Source: Candidatus Komeilibacteria bacterium CG11_big_fil_rev_8_21_14_0_20_36_20
GTDB lineage: Bacteria > Patescibacteriota > Patescibacteriia > UBA1558 > GWA2-36-10
Length of the DNA stretch: 64,000 bases
Assembly (NCBI GenBank): GCA_002787405.1
Contig: PCWQ01000012.1
Coordinates: 76,458-140,457 of the forward strand
Direction of reading: 5' to 3'
Part shown: piece after piece, positions 50,661-59,788 of the stretch
Position numbering within the stretch: position 1 is the first letter of the stretch
How the letters are laid out: every line of letters starts with the position of its first letter
Program-made: the position numbers and the translations under genes
The notes under the pieces: model-generated
What the model was told of the DNA's origin: nothing
Databases searched by the model: none
What the model saw: only the letters and a program-made list of their open reading frames with translations

Positions 50661-52028
50661 ATGAATCGCAACAAAGTTTTTACACTTTTAATTTTATTTG
50701 TTTTTATCATCACTTCTGGTTTTGCTTGCCAGTGGTCTATTACTAAACCCAAAGAATTTAAACCAATTACTTTAGAATATTGGGGGGTTTGGGATACCCC
50801 TAGTCAGCTCAAATCATTAATTGACAGTTATGAGGTCAGTCATCCTACTATTCATGTTAAATACAGAAATTTTCGTTATGATGAATATGAGAGAAAATTA
50901 TTAGAAGCTTGGGCCGATGATCGTGGTCCGGATATTTTTTCTATTCCTAGTACATGGCTTAAGGAATATCAGCACCGTTTAGAACCAATGCCCGCTAGTG
51001 TTAAAATTCCGGTTCAGGAAATTACTGGTACTATAAAAAAAGAAGCCATTACTTCTTTAAAGCAAATAAAAAGTTTATCATCTTTAGATATTAAAGAAAA
51101 ATATGCACCAATAGTCTCTGAAAACGTAATAATAGATAGCGAGATCTACGGGCTACCTTACTATTTGGACACCTTAGTGACTTTTTATAATTCAGATTTA
51201 TTAACTAGAGAGAATATACCCGAGCCGATTGCTGACTTTCACGATTTAGTGGAACAAGCTCCTCAATTAACTAAGGCCACAGAAGATAATCAGGTTATCC
51301 AGTCAGCCGTGGCCTTAGGAGGCACTGATAATATTCCTCGTTTTTTTGATGTTTTTTCTAGTATTATGCTGCAGAACAATGTCGAGGCAAAAGGTAAGTG
51401 GTTTGCTCCTTTGGAAGAAAAAGAGTCGGCCAGCCGTTTGCTGGAAGTTTTTAGCTTTTATACTGATTTTGCCCGACCAGGTCGAGCTACTTATAGTTGG
51501 AATGTGGATTTACCTAGTGCTTTTGAGTTATTTGCCGCTGGTAAACTAGCTTATTTCTTCGGTTATAGTTATCATGCTGATGAGTTACGACAGAGAGGCG
51601 TGCAATTTGATTGGGGGATTACTAACTTTCCGCAGACTAGGGGTGCTTCTGGCACTAAATATTACGCTGATTATTGGGTTAATGTAGTGGCTAAGAAATC
51701 CGCTAATTCAGATGCCGCTTGGAATTTTATTCAAACCACAGCTAATCAAGCAATAGTAGAAAAATATTTAACTGAAAACAAACGTCCAACCGCTTTGCGC
51801 TCTTTAATTAATGATCAACTGAACAATGAAGATGTTAGAGTATTTGCTTCCCAGGTTTTGACAGCTGATAATTGGTATAATGGTTATGATGTTCAATTAG
51901 CTGAAAATTATTTAAAAGAAATAATAGATGATTTAGTCTCAAGTGAGAAAATATTAGACAAAGATAATGCCACGCTTAATTTGTTTGTTAATTTTATTAA
52001 TCAAACCTATCAACAACCCAATGAATAG
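50661..52028 (+). CDS. Extracellular solute-binding lipoprotein (sugar-binding family 1-like)
   Basis: Lipobox-like SGFA-C; GPDIF, IYGLP...FYN.DL, F..GKLA, AWNFI. Confidence 0.82.
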   Translation: MNRNKVFTLLILFVFIITSGFACQWSITKPKEFKPITLEYWGVWDTPSQLKSLIDSYEVSHPTIHVKYRNFRYDEYERKLLEAWADDRGPDIFSIPSTWLKEYQHRLEPMPASVKIPVQEITGTIKKEAITSLKQIKSLSSLDIKEKYAPIVSENVIIDSEIYGLPYYLDTLVTFYNSDLLTRENIPEPIADFHDLVEQAPQLTKATEDNQVIQSAVALGGTDNIPRFFDVFSSIMLQNNVEAKGKWFAPLEEKESASRLLEVFSFYTDFARPGRATYSWNVDLPSAFELFAAGKLAYFFGYSYHADELRQRGVQFDWGITNFPQTRGASGTKYYADYWVNVVAKKSANSDAAWNFIQTTANQAIVEKYLTENKRPTALRSLINDQLNNEDVRVFASQVLTADNWYNGYDVQLAENYLKEIIDDLVSSEKILDKDNATLNLFVNFINQTYQQPNE

Positions 52029-52686
52029 ATTTTTATGGCCAACTTCTTTTTTATTATTGATCATTCCTCAAATTAGTCGGGGGGCTGGTTTTTTAGACAA
52101 TATTACTTGTATTAGAACCGGCACCTGTGGTTTGGATGATATCGCTACGGGTTTTATTTTTCTCACTCAATTATTATTGGGAGCAGTAGGCGCTATGGCT
52201 TTAGTTTATTTTATTTGGGGAGCCATTCAATGGGTTAGCTCTGGAGGTAGCGCTGAAAAAGTAAAAAGCGGTAAAGAAATTATGGTTAATACTATTTTTG
52301 CTCTATTAATCACCTTTGGCAGTTATTTAATAGTGACTTTTTTTGTTAATAATATTTTAAATGTTGCTCCAGAGTATCAAATTGGTGCAGAGTGTAAAAA
52401 TAAATCCCAAGGCACTGCTTGTAATCAGTTTGAAATTAATTATATTTGCACTGGTAATGGATTTACAGGTGAGTGGGCACAATATAATGAGATTTGTGTT
52501 ACTAAATGTGGATTAAAAAACATTATGATACATATAGATTATCCAGACTATAATCCTCTTTGGGCCTATATTTGTATGGATAAACCAAAAGATGAAAGGG
52601 CAACATATGAGCCCAACCTTTGCCCGAAAGGACCGGAGTATGTTTGTGTCTTAGTAGACGGAAACAATAATCCTATTATACAATAA
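52021..52686 (+). CDS. VirB2/TrbC-like pilin with Cys-rich C-terminal domain
   Basis: GAMALVYFIWGAIQWVSSGGSAEKVKSGK motif; about 8 Cys in the tail. Confidence 0.78.
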   Translation: MNRFLWPTSFLLLIIPQISRGAGFLDNITCIRTGTCGLDDIATGFIFLTQLLLGAVGAMALVYFIWGAIQWVSSGGSAEKVKSGKEIMVNTIFALLITFGSYLIVTFFVNNILNVAPEYQIGAECKNKSQGTACNQFEINYICTGNGFTGEWAQYNEICVTKCGLKNIMIHIDYPDYNPLWAYICMDKPKDERATYEPNLCPKGPEYVCVLVDGNNNPIIQ

Positions 52687-52700
52687 TATTAAAATTAAAT

Positions 52701-53030
52701 ATGAAAAACAAAATAATTATTTTTATAGCCATCGCACTAATACCTGCCTTTGTTCAAGCAGCGACTGTTTCCTTACCTAATCCCTTGAGCGTGGACAGTG
52801 TTCCAGAATTTATTTCTAACATGATCCGAGGTTTATTGGGAGTAGTGGGAGCAATTGCTTTATTCTTTTTAATTTTAGGCGGTTTTCAGTGGATGACTTC
52901 TCAAGGCAACGCTGATAAGATTCAAAAAGGAAAGGATAGCATGGTTTGGTCAATTTTTGGTTTAGTGATGGTTTTTGTCAGTTATATTTTAATTAATCTT
53001 GTTTTCCAAATCTTGGGCGGAGGTACTTAA
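52701..53030 (+). CDS. VirB2/TrbC-like pilin
   Basis: Signal peptide, LPNPL, GGFQWMTSQGNADKIQKGK between two TM helices. Confidence 0.85.
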   Translation: MKNKIIIFIAIALIPAFVQAATVSLPNPLSVDSVPEFISNMIRGLLGVVGAIALFFLILGGFQWMTSQGNADKIQKGKDSMVWSIFGLVMVFVSYILINLVFQILGGGT

Positions 53031-53105
53031 AAAATTTGTTGTTTTCTGCTATAATTAAAGCACAATTTAATTATTAATAATATTTACAAGAGAGGAGGTG
53101 AGAAA

Positions 53106-53450
53106 ATGACCAAAATTGTTACTAGTTTGTTACTTTTTTTACCTATGGCTGCTAGAGCTCAAGATGATCCTTTTGGTGTCAACGAATTAAATAGTATAGA
53201 GTTAGGAACCAAAGATTTACCAGAAACCATTGCTGGAGTAGTCAATATTGTCTTAGGATTTTTAGGTATCCTTTCCACAATAATCATTTTGCTAGGCGGT
53301 TTCAAATGGATGACTTCTCAAGGCAACACTGATAAGGTGGATGAAGCAAAGAAACTTATTGGCGCCGGTGTAGTCGGTTTAGTAATAGTTCTAGCTGCTT
53401 ATGCCATCGCTCGCTTCGTCTTGAATTCATTAGTTAACGAGACTATCTAA
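53106..53450 (+). CDS. VirB2/TrbC-like pilin (strong SD; possible major pilin)
   Basis: GGAGGT SD; GGFKWMTSQGNTDKVDEAKK. Confidence 0.85.
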   Translation: MTKIVTSLLLFLPMAARAQDDPFGVNELNSIELGTKDLPETIAGVVNIVLGFLGILSTIIILLGGFKWMTSQGNTDKVDEAKKLIGAGVVGLVIVLAAYAIARFVLNSLVNETI

Positions 53451-53530
53451 CAGACCTATTTTAGTCTAGACTATAGTAGGCCATGTTAATGGCCTACTAG
53501 AGCTTGGATTAAGACTTCAGTAATAAAAAT

Positions 53531-53950
53531 ATGAATTTTGTTAAAAATAAAAAGCTATTAAAAATTTATTCGTTTTTGATTTTAGGTGTTTTGGCTAACC
53601 CAGTTTTAGCTCAATCATCTATGGGACCAACCGCAGGGAGCACCGGTCTAGAAGAAGCCGCTCAAGGGACTGGTCTAATTACTAACAAAAGTTTTGCTGG
53701 TATTATTTCGTTAATAATTAAATCGTTGTTGTCTCTGTTGGGGATGCTTTTTCTAGTTTTAATTATCTGGGGTGGTTTCAAATGGATGACTTCTCAAGGT
53801 AGTTCTGATAAAGTTAATGAGGCCAAAGATTTAATTATTAACGCTACAATTGGCTTAGTGATTGTGGTGATTTCCTATGCCATTGTTAGGTGGGTTTTAG
53901 ATGCGTTAGTAAGTGTTCAAAATGGTCCGGCCGGTGGTGGTGATGGATAA
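53531..53950 (+). CDS. VirB2/TrbC-like pilin
   Basis: GGFKWMTSQGSSDKVNEAK between two TM helices. Confidence 0.85.
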   Translation: MNFVKNKKLLKIYSFLILGVLANPVLAQSSMGPTAGSTGLEEAAQGTGLITNKSFAGIISLIIKSLLSLLGMLFLVLIIWGGFKWMTSQGSSDKVNEAKDLIINATIGLVIVVISYAIVRWVLDALVSVQNGPAGGGDG

Positions 53951-54019
53951 ATTATTTTATCAATTAAACAAATTTAAATCCCGACGATTTCTCATCGGGA
54001 TTTATATTTTTTTATACCT

Positions 54020-54673
54020 CTACTTTTTTGAGGTATAGATTTCGCAGATCCAGCCAATTGGCCGACCCTGCCAGAAATTGTCCATCTCCTGGTCAATATT
54101 GAGGCAGTGCGAGGTCGCTCGCTTTTGCCCTATGTCGCCCTTGGTTGATAGCCAGAAAAATGTGGTGGGTATAGGAACCAATTTAGTGACAGCACTTGCT
54201 TCACCTGGCTGGAGAACTCCATATTGATTTCCTTGGCTGTCCCAAACTTTAACGGCTTGGGCGGAAGAGTTATGGACGACTCCTGCTTGCAACATCATGT
54301 TGCGGAGGAATAAATCGTCAATGATAATCGTTTCTCCTGTGGAATATAAACCAGTTCGTTCGATCTCTACTTTCTTTTTTTCCGAGTTAAAATTGTATTC
54401 GTAGAACCATCGGACGATGTATTCTGCTTCTTTTTTAGCGTAGCCGCTGAAGGCAAATTGCCTTCCAGGTTCTATTTGGAAGAAATCATTATCATTGCCC
54501 CTATTAGAAGCAATGAACACTGGCTGGTTGGATTTATTGAGAAATTTTATATGTGTGGCCACAGGTTGGTTTTTATTAAGTAGCTGCCCTTGGGGGCCAT
54601 GGTAGCGATTACAGCTATTTAGTGAAAACAGGGTGAAAATTAGGATTACTAGGGCTAAAAGCTTCTTTTTCAT
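54020..54673 (-). CDS. Hypothetical lipoprotein
   Basis: MKKK plus hydrophobic stretch plus LNS-C; TTGACA-17-TATAAT promoter and AAGGAG. Confidence 0.75.
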   Translation of the reverse strand: MKKKLLALVILIFTLFSLNSCNRYHGPQGQLLNKNQPVATHIKFLNKSNQPVFIASNRGNDNDFFQIEPGRQFAFSGYAKKEAEYIVRWFYEYNFNSEKKKVEIERTGLYSTGETIIIDDLFLRNMMLQAGVVHNSSAQAVKVWDSQGNQYGVLQPGEASAVTKLVPIPTTFFWLSTKGDIGQKRATSHCLNIDQEMDNFWQGRPIGWICEIYTSKK

Positions 54674-54786
54674 GGCTATTCTCCTTTGTTTTTTGAAATT
54701 TGAAGTACTTTTGAATTATTATATTATATCATATTTTTTATTTTATGTCAATAATAAAAATGTTTTTTTAATGCTATAATAAGAAT

Positions 54787-56667
54787 ATGTTACTAAAGCA
54801 TAATTATTTTAAGCGCCATAGCTGGCTTTTTTTATGGCTGGGGGTTCTAGTTTATATCCTTTTGTTTATTTTTTTGTCTTTAAAGAAATACTATAATTTT
54901 GATTATAGCGCTTTGGATCTGGCCATCTTTAATCAAGTTTTTTTTAATACTCTGCATGGCGCTTGGTTTGATTTGACGATTAATTTAAATAATTATTTAG
55001 GTGATCATTTTGCGCCTATTATTTTTTTGCTTTTGCCATTTTATTGGTTAAAACCCTCGGCAGAGATTTTGTTAATCTTACAGAGCGTTATTTTAGGACT
55101 TTCGGCTTGGCCATTATATTTAATTACCAAATACATTACTAAAGATAAAATTATTGCTTTGAGCATAGGGTTAGTTTGGCTTTTTAATCCTTTTGTGCAC
55201 AGTTTGAATATTTTTGAGTTTCATTTATTGCCTTTGGCGGTTTTTTTTATTTTTTGGTCTTTTTATTTTTATCGAAAAGATAATTTTAAAATATTTTTAT
55301 TGTTTTTTATTTTGAGCTTATTGGTCAGGGAAGACACTAGTTTAGTACTTTTAGGTTTTTCAGCTCTAACTTGGCTGGATAAAAAATGCCTAAAGTGGAA
55401 GTTAACTACTTTAATTCTTCCCTTAACTTATTTTTTCCTCGCTTTGAAAGTAATCGGCCATTTTTCCGCCAGCGGAGATTATAAATTTTTAGTTTATTAT
55501 GGTTGGTTGGGAGGTTATGATTTATTTTCTATTCTTATTTCTTTATTAACTCACCCAGTAGCATTATTTAATCATCTTTTAACAATAGGTAACTTTACCA
55601 CCATAGTAGTTATTTTATTGCCGTTGTTGTTTTTACCATTATTAAGATGCAAATATTTATTGTTGGCTTTACTGCCTTTTCTCCAGCTTATTTTAACAGG
55701 CAATGGGTTAAATTTTACTATTTATCAGACTCATTATATTGCTCTTTTTCTGCCAGCTCTTTTTATTGCTTTGATCTTTGCCTTACAAAAGATAAAAAAA
55801 CGACATAAATTTTTTGGCAGCCAATATATTTACAGTAACTGGTCTATTTCTAAGATTATTTTATTAGTAACAATCATTTATTTTGCTATTTTTCTCTCGC
55901 CGGTCAAAAGTATGCTGGTGCGTCATTATAGTTTATCAGAGCGAGTGGCTAGACAAAATTTTTTAGCAATAATTTCAAATCAAGCCAATTTGGCGGTTGA
56001 AGATTCTCTGTTGCCAAATTTAAGTAGCCGGCCAGTGATTTATCCGGTCAGCTATGCTTATTTTAGCCAAAGTCAATTTGCCGCACAAAGCTTTAATTTG
56101 CCGCCAGTTGATTATATTTTGTTTGATTATTCGCGATTTTTTAGCACGTTAATTAGTAAAAATACCAGATTTTATTTACAAAAATATAAAGATAAGATGC
56201 CGGCCCACTGGCGGAATATTTTAGCGGATTATAATTTGGTTAAAATTGATCAAAATTTATTTTTGTGGCAAAATAAAAAATCAGCCGAGTCTGGTGATTT
56301 AGATTTGTTCGAAATCAATAAAAAGCCCAATCAGTTTTACAGCTCAAGCTTTCTAGTTGGGACAGAATGGGGGGATAAAGAAAATAGGGTTTTAAAATTA
56401 ACTTTTCAAAAGCCAGTTGGCCAAGCGCAGGATTATTTGATTCGTTTTTATCAAGGCGAACGTTATTTTGATTTACCCTTGGATTACGGTTTATTATCTG
56501 TCCCCGAATGGTCTGATGAAGAGTTGGTTACCTTTTTTTATTATTTAGATGGTTCAGTTGAGGGTTATCAGATTTTTTCCTGGCAGGGCGTTAATAAGTT
56601 GGGGTTAGTAAGAGAGATCTTTATAGACCTGGAGTTAAATCCAGTGACAGAATTTACCAATCTGTAA
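54787..56667 (+). CDS. DUF2079-like polytopic membrane protein (probable GT-C glycosyltransferase)
   Basis: DLAIFNQ, GDHFAPI, LLILQS, FEFH, LVRED, HY. Confidence 0.78.
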   Translation: MLLKHNYFKRHSWLFLWLGVLVYILLFIFLSLKKYYNFDYSALDLAIFNQVFFNTLHGAWFDLTINLNNYLGDHFAPIIFLLLPFYWLKPSAEILLILQSVILGLSAWPLYLITKYITKDKIIALSIGLVWLFNPFVHSLNIFEFHLLPLAVFFIFWSFYFYRKDNFKIFLLFFILSLLVREDTSLVLLGFSALTWLDKKCLKWKLTTLILPLTYFFLALKVIGHFSASGDYKFLVYYGWLGGYDLFSILISLLTHPVALFNHLLTIGNFTTIVVILLPLLFLPLLRCKYLLLALLPFLQLILTGNGLNFTIYQTHYIALFLPALFIALIFALQKIKKRHKFFGSQYIYSNWSISKIILLVTIIYFAIFLSPVKSMLVRHYSLSERVARQNFLAIISNQANLAVEDSLLPNLSSRPVIYPVSYAYFSQSQFAAQSFNLPPVDYILFDYSRFFSTLISKNTRFYLQKYKDKMPAHWRNILADYNLVKIDQNLFLWQNKKSAESGDLDLFEINKKPNQFYSSSFLVGTEWGDKENRVLKLTFQKPVGQAQDYLIRFYQGERYFDLPLDYGLLSVPEWSDEELVTFFYYLDGSVEGYQIFSWQGVNKLGLVREIFIDLELNPVTEFTNL

Positions 56668-58189
56668 TGTCAATGTAATTATAAGGTTGAGGCCAGATAG
56701 CAAAATAAGTGCGGTCTTCTAAAATTTTTAAGTTAGTTTTAAAAACACTATTAAAGATTACCCGAAAGCTATTGACGGGGGTAATAGTTGGATAGAGTTG
56801 TTCTCTGGTTGTGGTGGGCACATAGTAGGCGTTGAAAATAGAGCGTCGTTCTACAAAATCAGTATTTTCCAAACTACTCCAATCCAATCCAGAGCCAGAA
56901 CCATGATCGGCTTGAAGAATAATAATTGGAGCAGTTTCGGATTTAGCTAGAATTTCTTCAATCATAACTTTGATTTTTTCGTTGGTGAACTTCAATTGTT
57001 TGATATATTTTTCCCGATATTCTTCCACACCTGGACAATCTTTATAGTAATGACTTCCGTCTCCACCACAGTCGTTGTCCGGAGCAACAAAGCCAGTTTC
57101 ATCAAAAATAAAAGGAGGATGTTGAGTAATGAAATGAGCATAGATAAAGGTCGGTTCTTTAATCTCGGCAATATCTTTCATATGATCAAATAGGAAGAGA
57201 GTTGTTTCTTTAAGTAGTTCAAAGCGGTTATTTCTAGTTAAAATAAATTTCAAAGGAGTCATATCAATCAAAAAGGTATTAAATTCATTGGCGTTAATAG
57301 AATTATTATTGGCGCTGCCATCTAGGCGCATAAAAATGTCAGCTTTGGTGTTGCGATAAGTACCAGTCCAGGTTGCCGGCAGAGCCACAAAAGTGTAATT
57401 ATTATTTTTTAAAAAGTCATAAACTTTATTATCTCTTAGCATTCTTCGAATTGGGCCGCGATTATTGGAATTTTGGAATTGTTCTGTAGCTTGGTTGACA
57501 TATTCAAAATTGAGCGATGAGGCCAGAGAAAAATAAGTTTGGACATAATTAGAGCGGCTCTGATCAGCCACATAAAATCCTTTATCTTCCAAGAAATTAA
57601 TAAAGTCACTATTGTCATAGCCATAGCGACTCTGGAGGATATCCTGGCGGGCATAACCGTCAAAGATAATATAATAAATATCCGGTTTGACAGTCGGCTC
57701 CTGCCACGATAAATCTAAATTTTGATCATAGTTTACTTCAGGGAGAGTTTGATAAAAAGTCCGAGATTCATATTCATAATAAGCCACACTAACGATTGGC
57801 CATAAAACCAGAATTAGGGCCAGTAAATCAAAATAATTGTTTAGATTGTCAAATTTTTTCTGCGAGGAGATAATCAAACTAGTAACAGCTATGAAAATTA
57901 CCAGCCAGCTTAACAAAGTAATCAAATAGCCCCAAAATAGGAAGATTTCAAAGAGATAGTCAAATATAAAGAATAGTAGAATAAACAGGGAGGCGATTAG
58001 ATGAGCTTTATTTTTATTTTTTATTAATTTTCTACTAATCAGAAAAATGATAATTCCTCCCAGGAGACTGACCGTTAGTGGTTTTAGTAGATAATAGAAA
58101 TCCACCATATCTTTATTATGTTCATAGAGAGATAAAGTTGGCGCAATGGCAAATAAAAAAGGATGAAGGATGATTTTTTTGCTTAGCAT
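56654..58189 (-). CDS. Membrane-anchored sulfatase/alkaline-phosphatase superfamily protein (NoeB-like)
   Basis: 5 TM helices, then PDIYYIIFDGY, SNYVQT..SLAS, H...HPPF, IILQADHG. Confidence 0.8.
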   Translation of the reverse strand: MLSKKIILHPFLFAIAPTLSLYEHNKDMVDFYYLLKPLTVSLLGGIIIFLISRKLIKNKNKAHLIASLFILLFFIFDYLFEIFLFWGYLITLLSWLVIFIAVTSLIISSQKKFDNLNNYFDLLALILVLWPIVSVAYYEYESRTFYQTLPEVNYDQNLDLSWQEPTVKPDIYYIIFDGYARQDILQSRYGYDNSDFINFLEDKGFYVADQSRSNYVQTYFSLASSLNFEYVNQATEQFQNSNNRGPIRRMLRDNKVYDFLKNNNYTFVALPATWTGTYRNTKADIFMRLDGSANNNSINANEFNTFLIDMTPLKFILTRNNRFELLKETTLFLFDHMKDIAEIKEPTFIYAHFITQHPPFIFDETGFVAPDNDCGGDGSHYYKDCPGVEEYREKYIKQLKFTNEKIKVMIEEILAKSETAPIIILQADHGSGSGLDWSSLENTDFVERRSIFNAYYVPTTTREQLYPTITPVNSFRVIFNSVFKTNLKILEDRTYFAIWPQPYNYIDITDW

Positions 58190-58191
58190 TT

Positions 58192-59571
58192 TTATTTTTT
58201 CTCCATAAGATAAATAATTCTATTTGAATCTTTAATCTTGATTATTTTTTTAATTAGGAAGTATTTTTTAAAAGCGTTTTCAAAAGCAATTTGGTTATAA
58301 TCAGAGAAAATATCCTCTCTGGTGGCCAGCAGTTTTTGTACCTTAGAGTCATTCTTAGGGATAAATTCTATAATTAATGAATGGCCTAGTTGGCTGAAGA
58401 ATTCGGCGGATTTTACAAAAGGGGTGTTATTGGAAATAGTGAAATGGTGGATAAGAGCTAGGGCCATAATCATCTCCGCTGGTCCTCTTTTCAGCAGAGA
58501 AGCTCTTTCCTGATTTTGCCATCCTAAGCTGGGGCTGGGGTTGGTTAAATCAATAAACAAAGGCAGTAGCCCTTTTTCTTTATTTTTAACAATTTGGCGG
58601 TAATTTTTTTCTACCGCCAAAAGGTCAATATCAAAAGCGATGGTTTCAATGTCTTGCTGGCTGGCTAGACGACTAAAAAGGCCGTCGTTGGCTCCTAAAT
58701 CCCAAACGGTTTTTGGTCGTATCTCTTTTAATAAATTTTTAATAATATTTTTTTTATCTTCAAAAGCGGTTGGAGAATAATTAGTAAAGGAATAATATTC
58801 TCCCCATTCGGTATGTGATTTTGGCAGCTCCAGGTTATTAATGGTATTTTCCAGACTATCAATCAGTCCTCGCAGAGCGCGCCAATTCATTTTTTTAGTT
58901 TTTTTATTAATGCTTTTATCAGCAAAATGTTTTTGGCTTTTGGCGTGGAGGTGAAGATGAGTCAGTAGAGAAAATTTAAATTTTGTAGAAAAAGGCAATA
59001 ATGAGCTGGCTAAATCCAACGGCACGCCATCTACAAAGATTCTGAATAATTGATTTAATCTCAAATCCTTATATTTCATCAGAGCCAGAGGAGCAACAAA
59101 ATGCTGGCAGAATTGGCGATAGGCCACCCAGGGCTGCCCGACTGAGTATTTTTCAAAGGATAAGGTATCAATAAATATGGGTTGCCCATTAAGAAATTGG
59201 AGATTATAACTACTAGCGTCTTTTAAACTCATTTTAAAATTCAGGGCAGTTTTCTGGATTTGCAGCGTAGCCAAAGCAGCGGCTTTTAATTGTCCAAAAC
59301 ACCACTCATAAGGATAGGAAATAAAATTAAGTCGTTGTGGTTGAATAATTTTATATCCCTGATCGGAATAGAAGTTAGTTGATTTAATCTCCTGATGGGT
59401 AACTAATAATTTTTTTTCGACCAATTTTTGGTAAAGGCCAGAATTCATCAATTGTTGATAATCAGATTGATAAGATTGATTTATTTGGCGGAAGATAGTT
59501 TCTTGGTCGGCAAAAATAAAACCACTTGGGTCTCTAAATGAGCTAGGGTGTTTCTTTATGTTCTTCTTCAT
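58192..59571 (-). CDS. NoeA-like protein: kinase-like N-domain plus SAM methyltransferase
   Basis: SFRDPSG, SYPYEW, LKDASSYN, FIDTLSF; WDLGANDG, LALIHH. Start taken at ATG 59571. Confidence 0.8.
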   Translation of the reverse strand: MKKNIKKHPSSFRDPSGFIFADQETIFRQINQSYQSDYQQLMNSGLYQKLVEKKLLVTHQEIKSTNFYSDQGYKIIQPQRLNFISYPYEWCFGQLKAAALATLQIQKTALNFKMSLKDASSYNLQFLNGQPIFIDTLSFEKYSVGQPWVAYRQFCQHFVAPLALMKYKDLRLNQLFRIFVDGVPLDLASSLLPFSTKFKFSLLTHLHLHAKSQKHFADKSINKKTKKMNWRALRGLIDSLENTINNLELPKSHTEWGEYYSFTNYSPTAFEDKKNIIKNLLKEIRPKTVWDLGANDGLFSRLASQQDIETIAFDIDLLAVEKNYRQIVKNKEKGLLPLFIDLTNPSPSLGWQNQERASLLKRGPAEMIMALALIHHFTISNNTPFVKSAEFFSQLGHSLIIEFIPKNDSKVQKLLATREDIFSDYNQIAFENAFKKYFLIKKIIKIKDSNRIIYLMEKK

Positions 59572-59779
59572 AGTCAGTTTTTTTTCTATTAAATATTCGA
59601 GTAAATAATTTTTTGATTTTTTTAAAATACATTTTGATAGCAAAAGCGCCACTCAATAGTCCGGCGATAATTATTTGGAAAATGAAACTACCACTACCCG
59701 GATCTAAATAAGCATGGGCGGTTTTGGTTACTAAGAGGAAAAAGAGTGACAAAAAGATAAGATTTGATTTTTGTTTCAT
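59543..59779 (-). CDS. Small secreted/membrane peptide with YLDPGSGS motif
   Basis: Signal peptide AHA, then YLDPGSGS, a TM helix and a basic tail; overlaps the downstream start. Confidence 0.75.
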   Translation of the reverse strand: MKQKSNLIFLSLFFLLVTKTAHAYLDPGSGSFIFQIIIAGLLSGAFAIKMYFKKIKKLFTRIFNRKKTDYEEEHKETP

Positions 59780-59788
59780 AAATTTTTA

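Noticed and set aside
52021-53950. Conjugative element or prophage around the pilins
   Set aside because: No relaxase, VirB4, integrase or phage structural genes in the window; such pilin arrays are chromosomal in CPR
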